Shown: in pieces, positions 24,400 to 36,290 of the stretch
Layout: each line of letters begins with the position of its first letter
How positions within the stretch are numbered: the stretch's first letter is position 1
Assembly (NCBI RefSeq): GCF_004010195.1
Contig: NC_057718.1
Coordinates: 62,445,928-62,509,927, forward strand
DNA: 64,000 nucleotides
DNA from: Chiloscyllium plagiosum
Lineage: Eukaryota
Direction of reading: 5' to 3'
Translations under genes and position numbers: made by a program
The notes under the pieces: generated by a model
Database searches by the model: none
Told to the model about the DNA's origin: nothing
What the model saw: the letters and a program-made list of their open reading frames with translations, nothing else

Positions 24400-25700
24400 G
24401 TGCAGAATCCACAAAACGTTAAAGAAGTTGACGTCACATTGACATTCGTGCCGTACTCCCGGTAAGTGGATTGTGCGCATGCGCGTAATGCGACCGTTTG
24501 CTGTTTGGGCACACGGTAATTACAGTTGGAAACGTGAAGCAGATAAAATGTCAAAAAAAGGGTGAGAGCCAAGCTTCGCAGTTTTTATATAATGATATTA
24601 GATTATATTTATAGTATGACAATAAATTAGTAATCCGAATATTTTAAATATGGGTATACTGGAATTAGAAGTATGGGATGACATCAGAAAAGCATGACGT
24701 TTGAAGGGGGTTTAAACATTAGGCATGAGCATTAATAGTGATACAGAATTAACACAATCTTTGACTTTTTGCTTGGAAGCCTGCTTGAAACTAAGAGATT
24801 CGCTGAAGAGTGTTTGTTTTCTCTCCTAAATGCTGTATCAGAAAACAGAAAATGCTGGCGAAACCCGGTAGATCTGGCAGCATATTTGGGTAGAAAGCAG
24901 AGTTAACTCTTCATCAAAACTCTGTATGTCGACAATTTTTACGATTAGCTTTTATTTTACCTGCAAGGTAGACCTTTCCCTCCTTTTAAGTATGACGGCT
25001 AATTGGGGTTCATGTGCAACCGAGGCCTATTTACCCTGTGAACTCCTTTCGCATACTGTCCGCGCAGGCGGCCGGTTGCTTGGTTACACAGACGCCGGTC
25101 TTGCTGCAGTGCGGCTCCACTTTTAGGGTGGGACGTTAAGCGACGTCCGCGCGCCCGGCCTACGCTGGCCGGAATACACGCCCACTCCCTTCTCCCATTG
25201 GACATATCCAACACCGGCGTGCTTGAAGCAGCCCGTTTATTGGTTGTTTCTGGATGTCAGTCACACGGAGAGGTTGCCTCCTCCCTCCACATTGTTGTGA
25301 TCAATGGGCGTGAGAGTCGGGTGGATAGACCAGAAAGATGGGCGCTTTCTATTTAAGAGAATTTTAAAAACATCAGTGCGATTTTAGAAGTGTGCAGTGT
25401 GGTGAGTGTGCATAGCCGACATATCTATTGCGGTACAAACTGAAGGAGATCTAGTGAGTAATTTTCCCTGCAGCCGCTACTGGAAGTCTCTGTTGTCGAG
25501 GTGAAGGGCAGTCTGTCTCTTTGGGCAAATACTACTGGACCGAGTGGATAGTGAATTAGGATATTCAACTCGCGTTCTACAATATTACTCGTCCACCCGA
25601 AGCAACGGACCCCCGTAAGAGCATAGTTTGGTTTTAAACTTGTTGCCTGACTGTTAACGTCTTTGAAATTTTTGGTTGGATCATTGGTCTCCGTTCGGAT
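24400..25700. promoter_or_regulatory. CpG-rich housekeeping-type promoter region
   Basis: Local CpG enrichment in otherwise CpG-poor non-repetitive DNA. Perfect CRE TGACGTCA 24429-24436, NRF1-type TGCGCATGCGC 24474-24484, CACGCCC 25177-25183, ATTGG (CCAAT) 25197-25201 and 25239-25243. Confidence 0.65.
25290..25401 (+). other. SANBR: Probable non-coding first exon (5' UTR) of SANBR; start approximate
   Basis: Consensus donor G|GTGAGT at 25402, just downstream of two inverted CCAAT boxes and a CACGCCC box in CpG-rich DNA. The first coding exon has an acceptor upstream of its ATG, so an upstream exon is required. Confidence 0.5.
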
Positions 25701-26293
25701 TAGCTCTAACACATTAGTTACGTTTTGATAGCCATCTATTTGTGTAGGTGCAAATTATAATTTCGTGTTATATTGTATAAAACCTGCTAAATTATGTAGC
25801 TGGAGCTGCTGTATTTCGCTAAAACGTTAAACCAAGGTGTCATCTGAATGTGAAATATCCCACGGCACTATGGGAAGAAGAGTATAGGATTCTCGCCAAA
25901 ATTTTTCCCTCAATGTCAATTTTTAAAGGCGTTAACCACGTTTGTCAGTGTTGATCAATGTGTCGGATACAACTGAACCAGAAACATAATTATCTACTGT
26001 GAAAGAGAATAATTTAAAATTTGATCATTAGTATGTGTATGGTTCGCAAATAAATGAAAATACGATTTCTGAGAACACCATGAATAGAATCATTATGTCG
26101 AATGGCCTCCTTTTGTTATATTGTGTCAGTGCTGGCCCTCTGAAAGACCAGTTCACCACTTACCTGACTTTTCCTGGTTGTCTTGTAAATTCTTCCCTTC
26201 TACAGTTAGGCAATATTACTGAAGATATGCTCCAGAATTTCCTACATCCTGACTCAATCTGTTCCAGTACAGCTACAAGACCAATTATGTCCC

Positions 26294-26453
26294 TTCAGGA
26301 GAAAGTGAGGACTGCAGATGCTGGAGATCAGAGTCAAAAAGTGTGGTGCTGGAAAAACACAGCCACTCCAGCTTATGCTGGAAATGTCAACTATCCTGCT
26401 TCTCTGATGCTGCCTGACTGGCTGTGCTTTTTCTGTACCACATTTTTTTGACT
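26294..26453. mobile_element. Short fold-back insertion from a family A Penelope terminus
   Basis: Inverted arms (GTGGTGCTGGAAAAACACAGC / GCTGTGCTTTTTCTGTACCAC); 11-bp direct repeat AATTATGTCCC at 26283-26293 and 26454-26464. Confidence 0.65.
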
Positions 26454-26479
26454 AATTATGTCCCATCAGTCTACTCTGA

Positions 26480-27210
26480 ATGATTAGTAAGGAAATGGGA
26501 GTTGTTACCAACAATGCTATCAGGCAGCACCTGCTCAGCAATAACCACTGATGCTCATTTTGTGTCCTACCAGGGCCACTTGGCTCCTGACCTCATGACA
26601 GCATTGGTTCAAATGTGGACAAAAGAGCTGAGTTCCAGAGGTGAGATGACAGTGACTACCCTTGACATCATAGCCACATTTGACTGAGTGTGGAATTAAG
26701 GAGCCCTGGCAAATTGGAGTCAGTGGGAATTGGGGAAACTCTCTGCTGATTGTCAGCCATTTTCCGATGTTTTGAGACCTTTTACAATGTTGTAGATCAG
26801 TCATCTCGACTCTAGGACACCTCTGCAGGAGTTCCTCCGTGTAGTGACTTACACCAACATTCTTCAGCTATTTTATCAATGACCTTCCCTCCATCATAAG
26901 CTCAGAAAGTGGGGATGTTCACTGATGATCATTCGTGACTCCTCACCCAAATGTAGAAAGACCTGGACTATATTCAGGCTGACAGGCATCAAATAACATT
27001 TATACCACACAAATGCCAGGAAATGATCATTGCTGAAAAACAATCTAATCACCACCTCTCAATACCCCACAATGTAATGGGGATCACCATTGACCAGAAA
27101 TTGAACTGGACTAGCCATATAATGGCCACAAGATCAAATTAGAAGCTAGGAATCTGAGTAACTCCTCTGACTCTCCAAAACCTTTCCACCATCTACAAGA
27201 CACAAGTCAG
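26480..27210 (+). mobile_element. Degraded CR1/L2-group LINE RT fragment
   Basis: ORF 26502 (..DLMTALVQMWTKEL..TLDIIATFD) resembles the LINE RT LDxxxAFD motif. Confidence 0.55.
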
Positions 27211-27992
27211 AAGTTCTAGTCTGGTAACTCCTGATCAGCCAAACCTGCACAAGCTTGTCAGATGATTGCACCAACCAATTGACATTGATATTTAGACCAT
27301 GTTACAGTGTGAAATCATGGTCAAGCCATCATTTTATACCACAATTTCACAATGAAACCCTGCAAGTAGGGCTAAACCTTCTGAGAAAGTTAATTGTTGT
27401 CAATTAGAGAAAAGTGATATTGATCCAGGAAGAAGAAAACTGTGGTGTGAAGCAAAAAAACAGATGTCAGTAGTTTGAGTAGTAGGAGATTCCACCATTG
27501 AAGCACATGGCAAAATTCTGGAATGGTTGCAGTAAGAAAGAGGATGAGAATGTTACCTACCCTGACATCAAAGGAGCGCTGATAACATAATTGAAGGCAG
27601 GATGAGCAGTGAATGTTCCTGTCTCCAGTTCAGAGGTCGTTCTGGGAGCGAGGCTGGGTGACAAGAAGTTTCCCTACAATTGTGGATGATTTGATTGATT
27701 CAAAACAAAACACAGTATTGTCTTCTGTGTTGTAAGTAGTGTGAGTGCAGCAGTTATGACAACGATTATAACATGATTAAATTAGTTAACTTACAGTAGG
27801 CAGCAGTGCTAACCACTGTGCCACCGTGCCGCCCAGAAAGAGGATGAGAATGTTACCTACCCTGACATCAAAGGAGCGCTGATAACATAATTGAAGGCAG
27901 GATTCAAAACAATTCAAAACAAAACACAGTATTGTCTTCTGTGTTGTAAGTAGTGTGAGTGCAGCAGTTATGACAACGATTATAACATGATT

Positions 27993-28334
27993 AAATTAGA
28001 TTACTTACAGTGTGGAAACAGGCCCTTCGGCCCAACAAGTCCACACCGACCCACCGAAGCGTAATCCACCCAGACCCATTCTCCTACATTTACCCCTTCA
28101 CCTAACACTACGGGCAATTTAGCATGGCCAATCCACCTAACCTACACATTTTTGGATTGTGGGAGGAAACTGGAGCACCCAGAGGAAACCCACGCAGACA
28201 CAGGGAGAATGTGCAAACTCCACACAGGGAGAATGTGCAAACTCCACACAGTCAGTCGCCTGAGGCGGGAATTGAACCTGGGTCTCTGGCGCTGTGAGGC
28301 AGTAGTGCTAACCACTGTGCCACCGTGCTGCCCA
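27993..28334 (-). mobile_element. HE1-type tRNA-derived V-SINE, full length
   Basis: Reverse complement of 50780-51100: Pol III A/B boxes, V-domain, (TAATC)n tail; internal 22-bp tandem duplication near 28200-28245. Confidence 0.85.
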
Positions 28335-28339
28335 CTATG

Positions 28340-29870
28340 ACTATGACTGAAACGTGCATGAAAGATGAGGAGGATTGGCAGTTCTTCATTCCTGGATATG
28401 AACTATTCAGATCATATAGAGGGGAGGTTGGAAGAGAGATATTGCAATATTATCAAAGACTAAGTTATAGCAGCGAAGAAGACTGCTATCTTGGAAGTAT
28501 CATCAAATGAATCCATATAGATAGGTTAAAAATACAACAGAGGCAAACATGCCTGTAGGTGCATATTATAGTCCACAAACAATCAGAGTGAGAGAGAGGA
28601 TTAAATATGCAATTACATTCAGAATAAAAGTGTAGGAATAATGAGCCAATAATAATAGAGGCTTTAACTAGCCAAATATGAAGAGGGTTACGGCTGTGCT
28701 GTTCCAGCAATAAAGTTTCAACTTTGATCTCCAGCATCTGCAGACCTCACTTTCTCCTCCTAGTTTGTGTGCAAGGTAAGGAGGGATCACAATTCTTAAA
28801 TTCCACCCAGGAGAACTTGCTTTAGCCAGTATATAGACAGCCAACCAAGGGACAGAGTAGTTCTTGAATTGTGCTGAACAGTGGGAGGTATACAAGGGGA
28901 AAATAAAGTACAGGGCAAATATGTTCCTGTGAAGACAAAGGGTGGTGCCAATAGCAGGGTACCTGGATGTTGAGGGATATGCTTATGATAGGTACCAAGC
29001 ACTTATTGTGGCAGAATCCTTCAAAGAGTATTAAAAATGTAGGGAAGAACTTAAAAAGAAAATTTGGAAAGCAAAGAGAATGCATAAGAAAGTATTGATG
29101 GATGAAATAAAGGGAAACCCAAAGAGGCTTCTTAAATATATAAAAAGCATTAGGATAACTCTGGGACGATTAGGGCCTATTAGGAACTATGGAGGCAAAC
29201 TGTGTGGACCTGGAAGATTGGGGACATAGACTTCAAAGAATACTTGGCATTGGCCTTCATAGGTGTCAGGATGGAGGACTGAAATGTTAGAATAAATTAA
29301 CACTGAGAAAAGAAGTATGAGTGTGTTTTGCAGACTTAAGAGTGAATAGATCTGCAGGTTTGGATGAGATGAATCCCATTCATGCAATTCTAGTCACTGC
29401 ATTATAGGGAGGATATGATCGCACTAGAAAGGGTGCAGAGGGGATTTACCAGGGGGTTGCCTGGGCTGGAATGTTGAGACAATGAAGGAAGATGAGTTGG
29501 GTTGTTTTCTTTGGAGCAGCAAAGATTGAGGGTGGACCTAATAGATGTGTATACAATTATGACGGGCATAGATAAGGTGGATAGGAAGGCACTTTTTCCA
29601 TTCATAGAGAAAGCATAGATTTAAGCTGAGAGGTGGAAGGCTAAAATAGGAGTTGAATTTTTTTCCTTCATTCATAGGTAGATGGGAGTCTACAACTCCC
29701 TGTCTGAAAGGGTGGTTGGGTCAATAACTCTCAACAGTTAAGCAGTTTTTGAGTATTCACTTCCTTTGCATAACCTCCAGAACTATGGACTAAAAGGTGG
29801 AAATTGGGATTCGGGTAGTCAATCGTTGGTCAATGTGGACATAATGGCTGAACGCTGCTGTTCTGTAATA
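28340..29870 (+). mobile_element. Highly degraded CR1 LINE
   Basis: EN-like ITET..PGY fragments at the 5' side; LERVQRGFTRGL and 3' UTR near 29420-29870. Confidence 0.6.
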
Positions 29871-31652
29871 TTAACATCTATCAGTCAACTGCACAATGGT
29901 AATGCACATGTATTGAATGAGTATGCACTGAGGAACATTTTAAACACATGAAATTGGATTGTTCTAAATTCTTACAGATATACAGAAATAAAACATATAG
30001 TGGTTAAACAGAAGAAAAGGAAGATTATCGTTACAGACAATTGCCTTGTGCACCCTGATATTGCTGGCCTCAACAGCATCACATGACATTTCTGCCTCAG
30101 AACAGCATGGCAAAGCTTCAGCCTAAACCCAACGACTGATTTCTCACAGTATTAAGGCCATTGCTAACAAGTAGAAGTACAACCCAGCTATTCTAAAGTT
30201 TGTATTTAAGATGTAACTGTGGAGGGTGGTGAAGAAAATCACAGTAGTCAGCTGCCTCTGCCATATTGGGTTCAACCAGGCTGCCACTGTGCAGGTGAAT
30301 AGAAACGGCCGCCTCCTGCTCATGCTCAGTCAGCTGGATCATAAGACTTTCTTTTTGCTTAGTTGCAGCAGTTCAACAGACTGAACCATGGAAACTTCAG
30401 CAAGGTGGTTGACTCCATACATTGTAAAATGGAACTGACACATGAGATAATTGTAGATTCAATATGTTCTTCAACCATGTAGGCCAATGACCCTGAAAAA
30501 TCCAGTGAAAGCCACCTACTTACCTGTGGTTGATGCTGTTAAGGCTGTAGAGTTGGTTTGGAACTCTGCAGCACAAAAGCATGGAAAACATGCTTGACTG
30601 CGTTAATGGCATGGCGGATTGTATTTCACCCATCCAAGACAGCACGCTAAGAAGAAAGGCTACTCAGACTTTACATTTTTCGATGCCTTTTCCTATAAAA
30701 GGTCAGGCCATTGCAAAGTGTGAGCAAATTGAAAAAATATATACTTTTCACACATTTACTGCTTTACACTGTTTTCATTTGTTTTCTTTTTGACAGATAT
30801 CATCCTTGTTGACAAAACCTGTTACACAGGTGCCCTCTACAATTCAGCAATATCATTTTATTGTAATTAGTTCTTCAACCCTGGAACAATACTCATGGAT
30901 CTTCTGTACCTCTCTAATGTTTTATTGCCTCTCTAAAATGTGGATACAATATTCCAGTTGAGGTCAAACCAACCTTTTCTTATAACTGTTTTTCATTAAA
31001 CTGCATCCGCCATGTGTCTGTCCATTTCACTAGTCTATGCCCTGCAACTGTCTGATCCTGTCCCCATCCTGTTCAGGTCATTTATGTATAATGAGAAAAA
31101 ATAATGGTCATAATAATGACTCCTGAAAACCTGTCAGAAATAAAAGGATTTCTTCATCTCTCTCACCTTATAATCTTTAGCCAATTGCATATTCATGTTA
31201 ACACGCTCCGTTTCATAATACCTCTTTTGCTGAGTAGGTCTGCTGTAATATTATAGAACATTATAGTGCAAAAGGATACTATTCAGCTTGTCTTGTCCAG
31301 GCCAAGATTTACTCTGCCGATCTTGCTTCCCTGTTTTTTAACCCATGGTTTTCTGTATGATCATCCACCTCTATTTGAAAACTACATTTGATCCTCCTCC
31401 ACCATATTCTCCCAGATTTAGCATGCTATGTAAAGAGCTTCGTTTTTTTTAAGTTGATGTTCACTTTAAAATCATATCCTCAGCTTCTCAACCTTTTCTC
31501 TAATATGAACAGTTTCTTCCTGTCTGGTCAGACTTATGATTTTTGCACCTGTTTATGAAATCTGGCTTCAGTCTTTTATTTCTAAGTAGAACAACCCAAC
31601 CCTCTCTAATCTTTCTACTTAATTGAAGTCATGTATTCCTAGAACCAGTCTT

Positions 31653-31853
31653 TGAGAGAAAGTGAGGGCTGCAGATGCTGGAGATCAGAGCTTAAAATGT
31701 GTTGCTGGAAAAGCGCAGCAAGTCAGGCAGCATCCAAGGAACAGGAGAATCGACGTCTCGGGCATAAGCCCTTCTTCAGGAAACCTTCTGAAGAAAGGCT
31801 TGTGCCCGAGACGTCGATTCTCCTGTTCTTTGGATGCTGCCTGACCTGCTGCG
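31653..31853. mobile_element. Fold-back mini-element (family A) with two inverted hammerhead-like motifs
   Basis: Arms 31712-31781 and 31785-31854 are inverted repeats; 14-bp TSD CTAGAACCAGTCTT at 31639-31652 and 31854-31867. Confidence 0.85.
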
Positions 31854-32639
31854 CTAGAACCAGTCTTGTCAATGTTTTCTCCAGCTTCCTGAATCGTTTC
31901 ACCTCTATGAAATGATGGTGTTCATAATTGGATGCTTCGTTTCAGTTGAAGCTAAACCAGTATTTCATAAAGGTTCAGAAAAACTTTTGGTTCTCTGGAG
32001 AGCAAAGGCTACAAAAATGTACATATAATATATTATTTCTGGGAAATCAACTTAAAATGTCAGAATAGGAAAGTGAAATTTCTTAAAAGTTGTGAGAGTG
32101 TTTTCTTGCAGAACATACTTGAGGCAGCAATTATTGAATTGTTATGAGGAATGGTGCATAAATCTTTGAACCAAAGGTAGAAAGACTGGGGGGAGAGAAT
32201 AAGACATTGCCATTAACTGTAGACTTTTCAAAATAATTAATTTGCCACATTTCTCCATCTTTTTTCTCCTTTCTCTTAATTCTTTTAGCTTTGTATCAAA
32301 TTTCATTTAATTACGTTCTTGTGATCATTTGTGCATTTTACTAGCATTAAAACTATCTGGTGTTCACAATATTCTATGCAAGTTGTTGTATTAGTAAAAG
32401 CCCAAATTTGACACGAGGTCTCTTGACTATTAAATGTGCATGGTTAAATATGTTTTGGAGAAGTGTGCAAACATCCGCTGAAAATGTAAACTACAGTAGG
32501 TACAAGAGAGGTCAGATAGTTTAATGTGGAATAAAAAGTGTGCAGGAGCTTGTCTGTACCGGAGCGTAGGTCTTTCCTTGGGCTGGTGAACTATGTAACT
32601 TCCATCCTGGCATCTTTGGTCGTTTTTTAAAGAGCTGAT

Positions 32640-35600
32640 GCAATCTTGGTAATGGTCACATAGCCAAACCATAGCTTTCAGGGAAGTGAAGAAACAACTA
32701 TCATCTAAGGTGATGGCACACCAAGATCCCAAGTGAGATCTAGTATTGACATGTGATGCCTCTCCATACGGGTAGTATTAGCTTATAGGTGGTCCAACAG
32801 AGAGGAATGCACAATAGTGTATGCCTCCAGGACTTTGGCTAATGCAAAGCAAAAATAGGCCCAGTTAGAGAAGGAAGGTTTGGCATCATACTTGGAGTCA
32901 GGAAGTTCCATTACTTATGAATGTAAATTTGTAATAATAATGGATCAGAAGCCCCTGCTAGGTCTAGTGGGAGGCAGCCCAAGGCATCTGCATTTCCACT
33001 TGACCTCCCAGACGGTGTTCAAACTTATAATTGTACAAACTCAGAATAAGAGCTCGTTACTTAATTCAACCTGAAGCTATGGGCGGCACAACCCTATCCT
33101 CTTTACAATATTGGTTGAACTTGCTCACACCAAAGATGACCGCCAAATCTTCCTTCTCTATTGGGTCATATCTTCATTTGGCATAAGCCAAAGTCCAGGA
33201 AGCATAAGCTATTGGGCATTCCTCTTCGCTAGGCCATCGGTGAGCCAATACTATCCCGACACCACATAGGGAGGCATCACAATTCAGCTTCACGTCTTGC
33301 TTGGGAACATAGTGTGCCAACAACTTAGACAAAAGCTGTTTCTTCATTTCTGTAAAGGCTACATCTTGGCTATGAATCTACTTTCAAGGCTGACCCTTTT
33401 TCAACTGTAGTTGTAAAGGTGCCAGGATGAAGGCCCGGTTACATATGACTTTTCCATAATAATTCACCAACCCAAGAAAAGACCTAAGCTGCAGTACAGA
33501 TGTGGGAGCTATTGATCACCCTCATTTTATCTTCCAATGGATGTAACCCAGCTTTATCAACTCTGTAGCCGAAGTTGGTCGCTTGGGATGCCTGGAATAC
33601 ACAATTTTCCCTCCTAAATAGAACACTCACCTTGGAGGACATAGTACTTGAGCATTACAGAACTTGAAATGTTATTTATTGGTCTTCCTGGTTATTAGCA
33701 TGTCATCCAGATAAATGACAACCTGGGATAGACCTTGTAAAGCATTTTCCAACATCTGCTGGAAAATGGCACAGGCTGATAGCATACTTTTAGGAATCCT
33801 TATTAATTGCACTTGCAGGCACACATAGCTTACTTCCAGCTTCATGAAGGACAACACCCCTCCACCAATATTGCATTTATGTCCACTATGCAAGGGATTG
33901 GGTATTTATCCAGCTGCAAGTTTTAGTTTGCTGTTTGTTTTAAATCTCCACAAAGGCAAACCAACCACTCAGGTTTCACAATCTGTATGACTGGTGGTGC
34001 ACACTGGACTTGTTTGATGATTGTTTCACTTTTCAACATACTAATTTCTGTGTCTACTTTTGCACGTACGGCATATGGTACTGGGTGGGCCTTGCAGAAT
34101 CATGGAATTGTTTCTTGGTCAACATGTAAGGTGGCCTTGGCCCCTTTGATAATCACTAGGCCTTCGTGAAAAGTGTACGGGTGTTTGGATATCACTCAGG
34201 CAACCATTTTCTAATTGAAAAAAGTTGAGCCTATCAAGGTGAATCGTTCTCAACCAATTTTGCCCCATTAAGGTTGGGCCTGAGCATTTTACTAAAATCA
34301 GTGGTAACTGAACCGGCTGCTTCTCTTAAGAGACCGGACCCAAAGTTGTATTCTCAATCTGTCAGGCCTAGCCAAGGTCTTATGAAAACTTAAGGGTCGG
34401 AATCCAGTGCAAATTTTGTTAAAGACCAGTTCCACAATCAGTGATTCAGCTGTGTCGGTTTCGATCTTCGTTAGAACTGGGTGATCATTTAAGCTGACAT
34501 TTATTGTAATTAATTCTGATTTAGACTGGTCTATGAGATCTCTTATTTAATTCAGGCCTAGTGAGACTCTCTTGCTGTCTTGATTCCTTATACCGGTAGG
34601 AGAGAGTGAGGACTGCAGATGCTGGAGATCAGAGCTGAAAATGTGTTGCTGGAAAAGCACAGCAGGTCAGGCAGCATCCAAGGAGCAGGAGAATCGATGT
34701 TTCGGGCATGAGCCTTTCTTCAGGAAGGATCTCAAAAACTTGGATCCTCAAAAATTTTAACTGTTTAGCTGAGGCTTGGCTTTGTTTAGGGGCTTTGCTG
34801 TGGACTGACCTGGAGTTCCTGTGTTCAGGATATGTCCTGAGTGAGGCTATGCAATCACCTTTATTAAAGTGGTCTTTCTCAAGCTCAGTCAGACTGGCAA
34901 GGGTGTCCACTTCCATTGGTGTACCCTGTGTTATGAAGGTGTAGAGGTGCTGTATCTTTTAAGAGAGTTGAAAACTAGCAAAACTGCCTGCCACAGCACC
35001 AAGAGTTCTGAACAAGGTAACGATGTAACACATGATCGACACAGATAGTAGCTGGGTTGCCATGAGATAAAAACAAATTCAAATTTGGTCAATCAGTTTA
35101 ATATTAAAACCAATGAAACAATCTGATGTTTTAGGCTACAAAACCAGACATTTTGAACAGCTAGAGAGAGAACTACCAAAAGACCAACACATAGAGGCTG
35201 CTAGCTCAAGAGGTCTCTGAGAGGTACCTGTCTGTGGGGAGTCTGCGCCGCAGAATATCGAAACTGACCTGGAGAGAATCTACAGAGGAGACTCAGCAAA
35301 GCTGACTGGTTTAGAAACATGAATTGTTTTGTAACTCTAAATCGGGATTTTTGTATCTGACAAATATTGTAGATGGGGAGGTAGAAGATAGGTTTAAGAG
35401 AAAGGAGTTGTAAATAATTGTTAGTTTTAATATTCTCTGTTGGACTTAAAGAATAAAGTTGTTAATTTTTATTTATCTCTAGTATAGTTCTTTGCCCCTC
35501 AAAATTTAACAGATTACAGCACGGGGTGAATCTTTTCTGTGTTGTTGGTTTAAATTAGCAGAGGGTTTACCTCATAACACCTGAAAGTCATAAACTCCAC

Positions 35601-36290
35601 TTGCCACAGTTTCTAACAACTAGCCAGTTGGAATGCCTGTTGAAGTTCAGTTGGCTTCTGCTATTAGGTGCTTTTTGCAAGATCGCATCTTAATCCTATA
35701 TAGTAAAACGTTTCTCAGCATCTCAGTGTTAAACCAAAGTCACATCCCTCTGCCAGCCGTCTTAATCTTGTTAAAAATCCCGATACAGATTCCCCTGGTT
35801 CTTAAACTGCAGAGTAAAACCAGTAGCATCTCAGAATTAGAGAACGCTTGGGGTCATTAATATTCCTTAGCTAAATCTGTAAACTCTTAAAAGGTTTTAT
35901 TATACTGTATAGTGCTTCCGGGAAAGTTAGGCTTCCAGTAACTGAAAACGTGCAGGTCCATAAACTGTCAGGCGAATTACTCGTTGCTTTTCATCTGCCT
36001 CAGTGTCACTTGCCCAGAAAAAATAATGCATTATTTCCACATACTGTGGCCAGTCTTCAACAGTAGGACCAAGTTTCCCAAATAGCGGCATGATGCCAGA
36101 AACGCTGACCTCAACATAAAGATGACAGTTGCAAGCGAATCCCTTCCGGGGCGTGCTTTTCACTTGCCTCCACTGAAATAATTCCATGAAAGCTGATGTC
36201 CCGTCACCAAGTAGCCCTTTATTTATACAGTCATTGTGCATGACTGTAACCTAACTAACTCAGAGCTGACTCCTTGAGTGAGTGTGCAGA
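32640..36290 (-). mobile_element. Degraded Gypsy LTR retrotransposon (gag-pro-RT-RH on minus strand) plus an opposite-orientation RNase H fragment at 32640-32965
   Basis: gag start MPLFGKL..EDWPQYVE..(ORF 35927), RT VVIYLDDMLIT (ORF 33672), RNase H CDASPYG..YASRTL..QLEKEGLA on the + strand at 32750-32900. Confidence 0.8.
34929..35579. mobile_element. Solo LTR (651 bp) inserted in the Gypsy remnant
   Basis: Inverted termini TGTTATGA...TCATAACA, 4-bp TSD CCTG (34925-34928, 35580-35583), internal AATAAA. Confidence 0.8.

Noticed and set aside
24548..24565. ATG TCA AAA AAA GG with a splice donor, reminiscent of MSKK- starts such as MND1
   Set aside because: Too short to identify, and no matching downstream exons were found.
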